NCBI GenBank assembly: GCA_951406725.2
Contig: OX597819.1
Coordinates: 86,552,001-86,616,000, forward strand
Source: Octopus vulgaris
Lineage: Eukaryota
Direction of reading: 5' to 3'
DNA: 64,000 nt
Below, in pieces: positions 28,020 through 41,582 of the stretch. The translations under genes and the position numbers were made by a program. How positions within the stretch are numbered: position 1 is the stretch's first letter; every line of letters starts with the position of its first letter. The notes below the pieces were generated by a model. That model was not told where the DNA came from. It did not search any database and saw only the letters and a list, made by a program, of their open reading frames with translations.

Positions 28020-28282
28020 TGCCCCCCGTGTCCCTGGCACGTTAAAAGCTCGAACCGATCGTGACCGATGCCAGACCCCCCGGCCCCTGTGCAGGTGGCA
28101 CGTAAAAAGCACCCAATCCACTCACGGAGTGGTTGGCGTTAGGAAGGGCATCCAGCCGTAGAAACTCTGCCAAAATCAGACTGGAGCCTGGAGCGGCCCC
28201 TGGCTTCCCAGACCCCGGTCGAACTGTCCAACCCGTGCTAGCGCGGAAAACGGACGTTAAACGATGATGATGATGATGATGA
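28020..28282 (+). mobile_element. RTE LINE 3' terminal fragment
   Basis: ggcacgtaaaaagcacc...ggaagggcatccagccgtagaaac...cggacgttaaacga(tga)n; CpG-rich, so likely young. Confidence 0.85.
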
Positions 28283-29896
28283 TATGATATAGATATGTAT
28301 CTCTACAGACTCTCCAAGAGATTTCATATCTTCATTTTAATTGTTATCTAAGGAAGATATTTACACATTTGTGAAAATGCACATTAGAGAAAATATTTCT
28401 CAATATACTGGAATTTACTCAATTTCATTTTTAATCAGTAATAAAACTCACAACTCTAAGTGATTTGATTTTCTTATTGACACAAAGTTAATTTCCTCTG
28501 CTTCTCTAGCCATTTCTTTCTTTGCAGCAGCATGTATGGAGATATGAATAAGTTCATTTAATAATATAACTGGGATAGCTTTCTAATATTGGCAAAGGAT
28601 GAGTATCAAAGCTCATCTTAAATTTCAGTAATGACCTCCTTAAATCTGGTGTCTTTATAAATATACTAGTTGACAATCCTGTCATTGCCAGGTAATTTTC
28701 ACAATATTGCTGTGTGAGTGTGCTTTCTGAAAATCCTTGGAGAACTTCCAGAATAGCACACCCACATAAATTGGATTTTCTCTGCTTTGACAGGGATTTT
28801 TCAAATCTGTTTTTTACCACACCCTTGCAAATGATAGGGAGAAGCTTTTTATGAAAAACAATTTTTGAACCCTCCCTCTCCCCTTCCTTCTGGGCCAATT
28901 CTGTCCAATTTTTTCAGACTATGCACTTAAAAACAATGAGATACCTTTTCAGTAAAAAAAAAAGTTTATGAAAATTTATGAATCTTTTCAAAATCCCCTC
29001 TTCCACTCAGTACTGATTTTGGCCAATGTTTTTTATTTAGTTATTATTATTTTTGCTTCTGGACTACATACTTTAAAATGATGGGAGAAACCTTGAAGAT
29101 TAAAAGAAAAAAAATTTTGGAAACTGGTGAACACCATTACAATCCTCACTTCCTTTATTTCCAAACAGAAAATGAAATGTAATTTAAATCTTAAAATTTC
29201 AGTTTTTTTGATGCCAACTTTTTTTTAATCTTAGTTTTAAATACAGTCTGAATCTGCAATTTGTTTCTGTTTATAATTTTAAAATAATTTTCAGATGAAA
29301 AGGTGGTTTAAGGGAGATTTAGCTGTTGTTTCTATCTCATCCCATGACCACTCAGTGCCTTCTTTATTTCTTTTGATGTTTTTTCAATATTTTTCTCTCT
29401 ATAGACACATTTTATGGAATGATGATACAGTGATCAATTGCTAGGATTTAACCAATAACAACAAAAAAAATCAGTTATTTAAATCATTGACCCCATACTG
29501 CATTACGCGGATCTACATGCATGTGTGCGTATGTAAAAAGAAACATTTACTAAGAGAAAATGTATGCTATTGAAATAAATTATCTTTTACATACCATTGT
29601 TTTAAAATTATATGCATACACGCCCACACACAAACTCAGCGTGAGCAATATACTTTTATAGAGTAAAAGCAACAACAACAAAAAAATTTCTTATTTAAAT
29701 CTTTAACCCTACCCCACATCAAATGAGTCCATGTGTAAGAAAAATCATTTACTAAAAGGAAAATATTTCATTAAAATAAATTATCTTTTACATGACTTTT
29801 TTCAAATCGCTCTGTTGCCCTAATGAAATTCTCTTCACACAAACATACACACATGCTCATAAATACACACTCAGCATGAGTGATATTCTTTTACAG

Positions 29897-32460
29897 CAGT
29901 GTTTGCCAATGTCGGGCATGGGAAAATTGGGGTGGGGTGTGCATTAGCGTGGGTTGTGAAAATTTTTACAAGTGACTTCAGCTCACACTTGTCGACCCTA
30001 AGCCTATCTTTGGACACTGGAATGAAAAAAGCATTGCCATGCAATATTTATACTGAAAACATGAGAAGTGATGTAGCTATGACCAACCAGCGTACCGAGT
30101 GAGGTATCTGCATTTGTTAGGCATTTGTTTCTCTGTTTCAATATCTATTGTCCAGTGTCAAGCATTTGTAAAAGCAGCAGTCAACTCCACTCACTATTGT
30201 TGGTTGATGCTTCAAATCCCTTTCTTTCTACACTGTGCAAAAATCACCATCTCCTTTGTTTCATTGCTTTCTTTTTAAAATGAGTAAACAAAGCAAGAAG
30301 AAGACTCGTCAATATGCGGTGGAGTTTTTGAAGTTTGGGTTTATTCCTGATGACCATGATGAACGTAAATCGTTCTGCTTATTGTGTCACCAGAAAATGA
30401 GTCAATAAGAGCAGGCAGGCTTAAAAATGCACTTGAGGATAAGACATCCCAACAATTCTAATTCAGATTCACTTCACTATTTGCTGCACAACATGTGTAC
30501 CACATTTGTGCCCTTAAAGCTAGCTATGAAATCTCCCTACTTATAGCAAAACATGGAAAGAATCACTTTTGCAGAGCAACTGATTAAACCAGCAATCTCA
30601 ACATTCTTAAAAACTGTACAACAAAATGATGATAGATGTGTCAGGGCCATGCTACTCAGTAATAACACTGTCTCCAACAGAATTGATGAAATGGGACAAG
30701 GTGTTGAAAACAAGCTTATTGAGACATTAAAATCACAAAAATTCTTATTATAAATAGATGAATCCACCCTGTTATGGACTTATGTGAAATATATTGAGCA
30801 CAAAGCTTTGCAGGAAGAGATGTTGTTTTGCGAATCATTGGAAACAACAACAACAGCAAAGGATATCCACAGCAAACTTAAACATTATTTGGATACAAGC
30901 AAAATACCTAAAGAAAACTTACTGTCATGCGCGGCAGACAATGCACCTGCTATGATGGGCAAGAAAAGGGGATGCTTAAAAATGATGGAGGATGAAAATC
31001 CAAAAATGTTGATTATCTTTTGCATTACAAACTGAGAAAATTTGGTTGCAAAGAAACTATCCCCTGTTCTTAATGACATTCTACAAGCTGTGATCAAGTG
31101 TGTCAATAGCATTAAAGTTAATTCCAAAGCTGAACATCTTTTTAAGCAGTTTTGTGTAAATCAAAGTGCTGAGCATGTTTAATTATTGACCCATACAGAA
31201 GTAAGGTAGCTATCAAGTGGAAATGGCTTCAAAAGGTTCATGGAATTATTTGATCAGCAAAATGACTTTCTCAGTCATCATCATCATCATCATCGTCTAA
31301 TGTCCGCTTTCCATGCTAGCATGGGTTGGACGGTTCAACTGGGGTCTGGCAAGCCCGAAGGCTACACCAGGCCAGTCAGATCTGGCAGTGTTTCTACAGC
31401 TGGATGCCCTTCCTAATGCCAACCACTCCGAGAGTGTAGTGGGTGATTTTAGGTGCCAGATGAGGCTGGCAGACGGCCACGCTCGGATGGTGTTTTTTAT
31501 GTGCCACCGACACAGGTGCCAGACGAGGCTGGCAGACGGCCACGCTCGGATGGTGTTTTTTTATGTGCCACCGACACAGGTGCCAGACGAGGCTGGCAGA
31601 CGGCCACGCTCGGATATGGTGTTTTTGGTGTTTTTCTTATGTGCCACCGACACAGGTGCCAGACGAGGCTGGCGAACGGCTACGATCGGATGGTGTTTGT
31701 TACGTGCCCATGGCACGGAGGCCAGTCGATGCGGTACTGGCTATGGTCCCATTCGGATGGTTTTCTTATGTGCCACCGGCACTGGTACCACAAGGATACA
31801 AATTCCATTGATGTTCATCTATTTTTGATTTGGTTTGACTTGATTCGATTTGACTTTGATTTGATTTGCCTCAACAGGTCTTCACAAGTGTCACAAGCAG
31901 GAAGGTATGCACAGGTGGACTGACTACATCCCAGGTAGGGGCCACGGGTTGATAAATGTAAAATGAAAATGCTGTCAACAATGGATGGAAAAGCATTTGT
32001 CAGTTATTTGACATCTTTGAGAAACTTGGAAATTTGAATAAACAACTCCAAGGTGCAAATATGACTCTTGTTGACATGAAAGCAAAGATATTTGGATTCA
32101 TTACAGCCCTTGAAATATGCCAAACAAATGTTTCCAAAAGAAATTTCAGTCAGTTATACTTGTTGAGTAAATGTGGGATAACAAATGATGCTGCCATTGT
32201 AACTATTGACCATTTTAAAATCTTAATAAAGGACTTCAACAACAGATTTTGCGATTTGAAGGCAATGAATTTTTTTTTTTTTTTTGCCTTGGTTAACTCA
32301 ACCACCGCTGATTGACAGAGGAGTTATCAGAATTGCAATATAATGAATCAGTGAAGACTTCATTTAAATTGAAAGGTATAAATATGTGGCTATGTGATGA
32401 GGTTGAAAGAAAATACTCCTAAATCTCTACATGAGCAAGAGAACTATTGATTTCGAAGTC
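29897..32460 (+). mobile_element. hAT (Buster/Charlie, ZBED8/SCAND3-like) transposon relic interrupted by an RTE 3' fragment
   Basis: Left TIR cagtgtttgccaa; MSKQSKKKTRQYAVEFLKFGF..CLLC, LSNNTVSNRIDEM, IDEST, CAADNAPAMMGKKRG, HTEVR*LS, LNKQLQG; many stops/frameshifts. Confidence 0.9.
31275..31950 (-). mobile_element. RTE LINE 3' UTR fragment with ~60-bp internal tandem repeats
   Basis: (cat)n tail then shared RTE 3' end; gtgccaccgacacaggtgccagacgaggctggcagacggccacgctcggat x3-4; hAT frame resumes after it. Confidence 0.85.
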
Positions 32461-33289
32461 AACATCTCTGATTCACACAGGTCCAAATAAAACATGTTTT
32501 TCTTCCCAGATTCAGCCATCTCTCCTCAAAACGCTGAGGGACAGCACAATCATATAAACCATTGCAAAGTGGCACAAAAAAATAACAACACTTCGCAATC
32601 AAGCAGGAAACACAAACAGATCACAACTTTTTATGAAAAGCTTATATAATTTAAGAAGTACATCAGCGAACCAGTCCAAATTTTCTGTAGAAAAAAAAAA
32701 AAAGAAGAGACTATTGCTAAACACTCAGGTGGCTGTAATTAACAGAAATTTAACCTCACTGGTTTCAAATCCCGGTAATGCTAAACAATTTTATTACATC
32801 TATTTTTATTCCTATATAATTTCAAAAAGGTGGACAAAATCCTATAGTTGCAAAAAGGGATCACCTCAGTAAATCTATTTAAAGTTTTGGGCCCAAAAAG
32901 ACTTAAGGATTGCAAGAGATTCCTTTACACACAACTTACACTTATTTATATTTACTCTGAAGTAAGGGGCTCTCGAAATAATGGACCATTCCAGAGAATA
33001 ACTCTTATTATTCCTCTTTAGATTGTGTAAATAAGATGTGAGTGTGGTAAAGCATTAGGCTTTCTGGTAATTTAGAATTTTTAGTCACTATATTTATCTT
33101 TTGGTAAGCTGTTCTATTTGTATTTTATTAGAATATATATTTTTACCTTCTGTGATTTTATGCATATGTATTATTTTTTTATGTGTTCGTAGACCATGGC
33201 GTTTTTTATATGTGATTAAATGTTTGAGGGATGGTGTTGTATGCAAAGTTGTTGACCCAAATTTAATGTTTCTTCTACAAACCAATGCT

Positions 33290-33640
33290 TCTTTATATAT
33301 GTAAAAGTAAAAAACATACAAACTGGGACAAGAACATGAAACATTTAGAAGACAACACAAAAAACACGGACGGGACATTCGAAGCCCTCAATCATCAGTC
33401 AAGAACCAGATCATCTTCGCAATTTCGGCTGATTAATCTTGAGATTGCTCAAATCTGGGCAGCCCCCAAGGGAAATCTAAGCCAAGCACATTAGATTCCT
33501 TGGAAGAGAGCCTTGAATGTATACAACAAAGGGACGGAAAACGGACGATGTTACACGAATAAAAATACAAAAATATGTAAAAACAATAATGATAACACGA
33601 ATAAGAATACAAAATACATAAAAACAATAATGGTAAAGAC
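33290..33640. repeat. Interspersed repeat, possibly Penelope-derived
   Basis: GC-richer island with short tandem duplication at its end; resembles a common octopus repeat from memory; no protein motif. Confidence 0.35.
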
Positions 33641-36402
33641 TTTGATCAGCCTGGGGCTATAGTAGAAGACACTTGCTCAAGGTGCCATGTAATGACACTG
33701 TAAACAAAACCATGTGGTTGGGAAGCAAACTTCTTAACCATACAGTCACACCTGTAGCTATCCTATATACAATATATATGCACACACACATCCATCCATA
33801 TATAGATACAATCATAATTTAATATTCGTTTTACACACTAGCGTAGATTGGACAATTTGATAGGATGTGATGAGCTGCAGGGTTGTACTGAGCTCCAAAT
33901 GCAAGCCACTTTACAGTGAATACTGAATACTTTTTTTTTTTTGTGCCACCAGTACAAGTGAGGTCACCAAGTAACTTTCAAGAGAGGAAAAGAATACAAA
34001 AGAATCCCCTTGACTAACTGAGAGGTGAATATTTAAGAGGTAAAGTGGCCTTATGCCAGGCGTTGAGAGGCTATGTATATATATATAGTTTAAAGAAAGA
34101 ACTGTCAAAATCAGAAATAAGCAAATTAAGCTAGCCGCTAGGGTGCTAACCAAATCTATGACAGTTTCATATAATAGTTGAATATTCTATGATACTGATT
34201 GGGGAAGGAAAATAGAGATATTTTCTCTAAAGAGTTGACAATGAACTGTGAAATGATCCATCAGGATACTCTATCCACAACTTTTCCCCACACATTAAAA
34301 GCATAGAAGGAATGTATTTACCTTCTGTTTTTTCACTTACTTCTAAATTTTGTAATATTTAAATTTATTCCAGTTCTTCTGATTCACAATATGCACACAC
34401 ATTCTTATCTATCTTAAAAACTTTATTGAACTTGAAATATGAAGACAATGATCATGAATCATTAATCATCTTTTCAAATTGCTAACATTATTCGACTCCT
34501 TCAAGTAGAAAACATCTGTTCTTCAACAGAAGACAACTACTTTCATAATATCTGAAAAAATTTTAAATTTTTTCTTGGAGGTTTCGATTGTTTTCTTGTT
34601 CAGACAGTTCTAAGAACTTTGAAATTTTGAACTAGAAATAACTATGCTCAGTATATAGAATAAGGAGAAGGTGCCTTTTTCATGCTGCATGGGCACTCGT
34701 TATTCAAGACATGTAGCAGAATCTTGAGTAGACCAAAAATAGTTCCTTCTTCAAATATGTTAACTGCACTGATATAGTTAAGTTAGGCTCTAATTTGTAA
34801 GCTACAAGTTGTAAAATATGGACTGTAAAAACCATTTACAGCAACTGAAGATGGAGAACTGAATATAATTCTTTTAGATGTGCAACATGAAACTAAATGT
34901 GATCGTACCAGAACATTCAGTGTTGTCTGTGCTAGAGAGGTAACTATGTTACTTGAATAATTGATAAACTACCGGCATAAGTGTCTCAGATTTAAACAAA
35001 GTTATTGGTACTATGTGGCAAGATACATTATTCAACCATCTTTTTTTTAATGCAATTTTAAACAATAGATACTTATGCTAGATATTTGTTTTAGCAAAGA
35101 AGAATCCATTTGAATAACCTATTGTTCATAAAAGCTCAGAGACCCTTTGAAGATACAGGATAAGCTTTGTAATCAGAAGTTCATCTATACAAGGTAAACA
35201 ACAGAAAAAGTGTGATATCTGATCTAAGAGCAGTTGTAAAGTTCATAACAGACACTTAAAAACAATTAGACTATATAAATACATATGTTTCCATCACCAT
35301 CAGTCTAAACTAATTGCTCAACTTGTAAGAAATATTAACCAAATCTTCCTCTTTTATATCCTGTTATGTTAAGAAGACACATTGAGTAGAGTAGTTTGAC
35401 TTACACCAAATCTGAATGAAAGACACTATGGTCATGGCTGGAATGCATTTCATCAGGCTTTTGCTTAACCAAAACTAACTTAGGGCTAAATAATGGCACA
35501 CTGCTTTCTGTCCATAGAAGTATCGCCTATCAGGAAGTCAATAAATATTTCTCTTTTGCTTGTTTGCTTTTTAGTTTTTTTTTTTATTTCAATGTTTAAA
35601 GTTTCTGTAGAAAGAAGAGATGAAAAAGATATTTTCCTAATCAACTGTCCAAATAGAAAGAAATTAAGCAGAAATATCAATTTTATCTTTTTTATAACAT
35701 TTTTATAGAGAGACTGCTAAGTTAAGATGACTGAAATTTTACAACTGAAAAGCAAGGCAATTGAGCTGCAGTACTATCTGAGAGACAATACTAACTGAGA
35801 GAATGCACAATAGACTTTATCAAATATTGCACCAAGTACATTCAGTGGGTAATACATGCAGACTCTTTCTAGTAAAACTGTTAATTATATGACATCAATG
35901 TATTGACAAAACTATTAGATGTTGATATACAAGGACACTGAAAAATTCCTGGCTTTAAGGGTACCACAAAAGGCCTGGTTGGAGGCTCAGCCTTCCAAGT
36001 TCTTTAACGGTGCTTAGAAAAACTGAAGGATCACTGCAATAAATGTGTGAACCGAAAAGGGGAATATGTTTGGTTGGTCAGGATGGATTCTGTCAGGCTG
36101 ACCCCATCTCACTCCACTCCAGATGCATTTAATAAAGACTGTCTTGTTACGACCTAGTAACCAATAGATTATGATTCTTGCTTCTTGCACACATTCCAAG
36201 GATCTATTGTATGTGTTCTAATGATACTAGTGGAATGAAAAGTAAATGGGGAAACATAGCATGAAATAAATTCTTGACATTAATCAAACAAAACCAACTT
36301 TGAGTGAAAAAGAAAGGCTTTAGAAACAGCAGACAAGTCTTACCATATATTTTTGAAAAAAAAAGGAAGAATGCATCTGGTCCTTAGTACACCATCTGTA
36401 CT

Positions 36403-36617
36403 TACAAAGGGATGCTGCAAAGTTCTTGGCTTTATGGGTATTGTGAAAGGCCTGGTCCAACATTTTGAGTTTTTTTACAAGACTTAGAAAAACTGAAGGA
36501 CCAAAGCAATAGTGTGTGAATCTGAGAGGGGAATATGTTGAATAAAATCACAATTAACTGATCCTCCTGTATTTTTTTTTTTACCCAAAGCCAGGAACTT
36601 TTCAGAACCCCCTTGTA
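36403..36617. mobile_element. Mariner-type MITE (partial second copy at ~35928-36070)
   Basis: TA-flanked TIRs caaagggatgctgcaaagttcttggcttt / aaagccaggaacttttcagaacccccttg. Confidence 0.78.
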
Positions 36618-36890
36618 CACCACTGGTTACAATATGCTTCCTAGCATTGTTGTAGCTTTTGAATGATGCCACCATACTTGCTAGGTGGGTAGGCCAACAT
36701 TCCACACTGAATGGGATGCCACTCTGTGACAGGGTTACCGATTTACAGCTGAATGGACTTGGAGCAGTGTGAAATGAAGTTCTTTCTTTTTTTTTTATTT
36801 CTAAAAAACACAATGCACCACCAGCCTGGGAATTGAAACCACGATCTTGTGATTGTGAATGCAACACCCTAACCACTAGGCCACGGACTA
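36618..36890 (-). mobile_element. tRNA-derived SINE (related head at ~53760-53920)
   Basis: Minus strand gtggcctagtggttagggtgttgcattcacaatcacaagatcgtggtttcaattcc (A/B boxes); 3' part shared with 56355-56655. Confidence 0.75.
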
Positions 36891-37591
36891 TCACATATAA
36901 TACAGGCAGGTGAAACAGTATAACTAGTTTACATCTGCAAGTTGAAATAAGTTGATTTCAAGCAGCTTGCCAGTAGAGTTCCAGAAGTGAAGAATGGAGG
37001 AAATAGCACGTGAAATATTTATCTATGGTAGGGTATTATCATTTTGAATTTATTTTTTATCTTAAAAAGATAAAAAAAAAATAAATTCAAAACAGAAAAA
37101 GGAGGAAAGGATAGTAGCTGTCAAATAAAAGTGACGTACACTTTCAAAAACAGTAGTGTATGGTAATTGTTAGCTTGAAACATGTTTTTCTTGTGTTGCA
37201 ATTTAAATTGATATTTGGAACACTGGGATTTTTAACAATGTTTTGTTGCAAATTTTTTTTTCTTTTTAATTATAGAAATAACATTTCAGATATCATATAT
37301 TTTTGTTCCTTCTGAAATTAATGTCTTTGAGAAAAAATATCAGTCACAATTTCTCATTTCATTTTTTTTTTTTTTTTCCTGAAAAGTTTCAGACATCATA
37401 AACAATAAATGAAAAGAAAAAAAAATGTTTAAATCTAAGATTTTGTTTCCTTGTACTAACAAAAAACAAAACAAAACAAAACAAAAACAGTTGTGATATG
37501 CATGTATGGTGCAACATGAAAAAGAAAATTGGAAGAGTCTGGAAAAGATGTATATACAATTGATTGTATCAAAACGTAGATAACAGTATGT

Positions 37592-37662
37592 GACAAAGAA
37601 AGGAAAATGAAATTTTTGCAGAAAGCAATTGATCTTGTTTTTAAATGCTAACCTTCACATAT
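37592..37662 (+). other. Inverted intronic copy of the IFT54 49-nt exon plus 22 nt of its downstream intron
   Basis: 62/71 ungapped identity to the reverse complement of 57062-57132; reads DKERKMKFLQKAIDLV; donor changed gtaagt>ttaaat and no AG acceptor. Confidence 0.9.
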
Positions 37663-37842
37663 CTTTCATCTTTTACTTGCTTTGGTCATTGGACTATATG
37701 GCCATGCTGGAGCACTGACTTAAAGACTTTAGCCAAACCAACTAATACTAGTACTTGCTTTAAAGCCTGGTAATTATTCTATTGATCTCTTTTGCTGAGC
37801 TGTTAAGTTACAGGGATGTGAATAAACAAACACTTTTAAGGA

Positions 37843-38383
37843 AGTAGTGCCTTGATATACGAGTTAATTTGTTCTTGGAGACTGCTCATGAAGTGAACAC
37901 TCATAAAACAGAGCAATAATTTCCCATAGTAGTGATGTTATGAATTGTAATTCGTTCCCAGAAAAATATTTTACCAATAAAATTTATAATACTTCTAAAT
38001 AGATGACAATAAAACAATAGTAGAATGTAAAGAATACTTTATGTAAAGTAAAAAGAATGCCAAGATCATTTATAATAGAAAATATTATTATAACCATTTT
38101 CTGAATCACTTTCACTCGCACTAGACTCAAGAACACCATCAATTGTACAGGTGATTGCCAATTCACAAGCACTCGTAGACAGACTTATAGAATTCTTTTT
38201 AAAGAGCAAGTCTAGAGCTGTTTGCTTCAAAGAAGCTTTTCTGTGTAACACACAGAAGCATTTATTATAGTAGTAGAAACTTTTGTACTTTGTTCAAAAT
38301 TCGGATCTTGTGCTTGAAAAATAAAACTCATAAGTCTGGGGTCATGTAAAGCGGGTACCCTTAAAGTGAGGTGTTACTCTGTA
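37843..38383 (-). mobile_element. Tigger/pogo non-autonomous relic
   Basis: Ends agtagtgccttgatatacgagttaatttgttc / aaagtgaggtgttactctgta; residual peptide LKQTALDLLFKK like the Tigger transposase C-terminal KQTTLDxFF motif. Confidence 0.6.
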
Positions 38384-38389
38384 TGTGTG

Positions 38390-38436
<47 letters not shown>

Positions 38437-38636
38437 TTTTTACTCATTTACTTGTTTCAGTCATTTGACTACGGCCATGCTGGAGTACCGCCTTTAGTCA
38501 AGCAAATCAACCCCAGGACTTATTTTTTGAAAGCCTGGTACTTATTCTGACGGTCTCTTTTTGTCAAACTGCTAAGTTACGGGGACATAAACACACCAGC
38601 ATTGGTTGTCAAGCAATGTTAGGGGAACAAACACAA

Positions 38637-38697
<61 letters not shown>

Positions 38698-41582
38698 CAC
38701 GCATATTTACACAGTGGTGACTACTCCAGTGATGGAATAGTAACTACTGATAAGCTTTAATTTTAATAAAGTGAAACTATACCAATATGATGATCTTGCT
38801 CATTGTGGGGCAGTTATCCTACCTGTCAGTGCATAGATGTGTTTTTTTTTTTTTTGCAGCTCTAATTTTGACTCCTATTTCTAGCCAATATAGGTGCTAC
38901 TCTGCACCATCAGTCACAATTTGTGACAATTGAATTTTTCCTTTTTGGTTTTATATTGCATATAGCCACATTCATTATTTTACACACACACACACAGAGG
39001 CTTCATACAGTTTCTGTCAACCAAATTTATTTGTAAAGCATTACAATGTCCTGAGATCATATAATGATCTCAGAACATTGAGCCTCATGGAGATGACAGA
39101 GGACCAAGATGGTTGGCCACACACAGTACTTGTGAATATCCACCCAGCTACACTAGAAGAGCATGACTGAGGTTCAGAAAGCATAAAGTGCATTTACACA
39201 TCTGAGGTCCCTCATCCAGTGTCCTACCTGTCACCATTTCCTCTCATCTGAGCTATACCCAATCAACATCTGTCCTTCACTTTTAACATATTTACTTCTG
39301 ACTACTTTCACGACTTAACCAATCCACTCCATTCATCCTCTATCTACATCTTACCACTTCCACCCTACGATTCTGTTAATCTCTCATTCACTCCTACACT
39401 ATTGTAATGTAACCCACCCTTCTTGATTCTTCAGTCTCCTCACTCTCATCTATTCATCTTCTTGGACATGCTATATTATGGCTACAACTCATGACCATAT
39501 TTATCTCCTTTTCTGACATACTCCAGTCAGCCTACTCACTCATGTAAAATATGACGTAGTTAGGAATCTCCTTCATAATGATAAATCTATTGCTGCTCCT
39601 TCCATCATACTTTAACCTCTCAATACCTTTCATAAAGTGACCACTACTCCTCAATCAAGGGGGATTTTTCATCTTGCAACTTGCATGGCAACCTCACTAG
39701 TGCTGTGCTATCAGAAAACACCAAGTACATTCTGTAAAATGGTTGGCAATAAAGTATGCTGAGAGACTGAAACATGATTCTATGATTTGTTAGATCCTAT
39801 CAAAATATCCAACACATGCTAGCATAGAAAGCAGTCATAAAATTGATGATAATGTTAATAGATTTAATTCAATCCAGCAATTAAAAAGGGAAGATAAAGC
39901 TAGAAATAGAAATGATTGTCATCCAAATAAAATAGTGATTAGTTGAATATTTTTTCAAATGATAATCAGGGAAAGAATAATAAAAGAACTGACTATGTAT
40001 TGCCAATGATGTCTATAAATAACAGTACTTATACATGGTCAGTTCTACACTTTCTAATTAAGGAAGGTAACTCAGACCAGATTAATTAAAAGTAGAGCAT
40101 AAAATAAATACTATTGCTATCTGACAAGTGGTTGTGCTTGATATGTAGAAAAATATAAGAAGGCATATACTGTGCACTCAGCTTTGGCTGAACAAATCTG
40201 AGCTGCATGTGCAGTGACTCAATGAAGAAATGCAAAATATTAGGACACAAAAAATACAGTGGGATCTCTGGCAAATTCATAGAGAATCAAAGATTCAAAT
40301 GTGTTAGATCTACAAGTGTTCATTGGTTGTAAGATCTCTCAGGAAATAAATTTGTTAACTGCTAAGAGGGCTCAAGCAGCATAGTTGTTATTTTCTTTAA
40401 TTAGATGACCTAAGTAATTGAATATTGAAAAATAAAAAACAGTGTAGTAAGAGTAGATAGGGTAGATATTCAGGGAGTTACATCAGTTAATAACAAAGGA
40501 TTTCTTTCTGTATGTTAAAGGATAATAGCATGAAGAATGTGTAAAGAGTAAGCGCTTACATGATTATAAGATAAAGATATTGAACCAAATCTGCAGAGGG
40601 TGGAAAGAAATGAGGTAAAAATGGTGTCAACTCTTTTGACATAAACCCACCGGAGACTGACCCTCATTCTATGATATACACTTCATATTTTAAATTCATC
40701 TAAATTACAAATGTTCATGAAAATTTTACGTTAATTTGAGTTCCAAACATTAGCTTAATAATGGCAAAGTCATTTTACTAAGGTCTCTATTACTATCAAA
40801 ATCAGTTGAAACAAAGGCAGTGTATTTGAAGAAAAATATGTTAACTTCCATGAAAGGCAGAGGACAAGTCAGTTGAAATAGCACTTGCCAACAAAACAAA
40901 TCAGATTTTGGTTTCTGTTATCTAAGTTCAATTCCTACCACAAATGACAAATGCCTTTAAATTTCTAGTGTTAATAAAGTTGGCATGTGAAATATCTTGA
41001 TACAGATTTTATTACCTATGACTCTTCCATTTCAAAAGTAGCCACATGTCTAACACAAGGAAATCAAAAGTTAAAGGAAAGACAGGTATTTATGCTGATT
41101 ATAAACAATAATAGAAATTTTAAACAGCTTTTGATTGTTTAAAGTTCCAGTCTAGTTATTGAATATAATCTCATAAAATTACAAATATTGACAGAAAGAG
41201 AAAATGGAAGGTTCTGATAATTCTATGTTCCCCAGGAGTATAGTTGGCATAAATCAGTTGAAACAGCTGTATTTTGGAATAAAATCCTGATTAAGCATTC
41301 ACTATTTCCAAGAACATACTACTGAACTTACAATACAAGCTATATTAAAAAACAACCATCAAAAATAATAATAACCAGCCGTACCTGTGGAAATTCCACA
41401 GTAAATACAAAACCGCAGATGGTTGGAAGTTTATATAGAACTATAAAAATTAGCGCTACTTTTAAAATTGAATATTCTGCATTATTTTCATTAAAGAAAA
41501 TCCTTTAAGTTTTTCTGGATAAGGCTGTAATTGAGAGAGCATGACTTATCCATTCTCTCAGTAGTTCAGAGTTTCAATTACA

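Noticed and set aside
27412-28045. Poly-Pro / poly-Gly / Trp-rich ORFs resembling formin or extensin
   Set aside because: Translations of an 18-bp C-rich minisatellite, open in several frames, with no splice signals or domain context.
31313-31923. Overlapping repeat-containing ORFs, and a CRISPR-like look
   Set aside because: Tandem repeats in an RTE 3' UTR; spacers are copies of each other, no cas genes, animal DNA.
30280-32315. Domesticated ZBED8/SCAND3-like gene
   Set aside because: Multiple stops, frameshifts and a LINE insertion; decayed hAT transposase.
33380-33450. Hammerhead ribozyme on the minus strand
   Set aside because: CTGATGA is present but lacks a proper stem II and following GAAA; the other candidate core reads CTCAAGA. 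An Infernal search would be needed.
37592-37640. Exon of an opposite-strand IFT54 paralogue
   Set aside because: No AG acceptor, GT donor mutated, and no other plus-strand IFT54-like exons seen.
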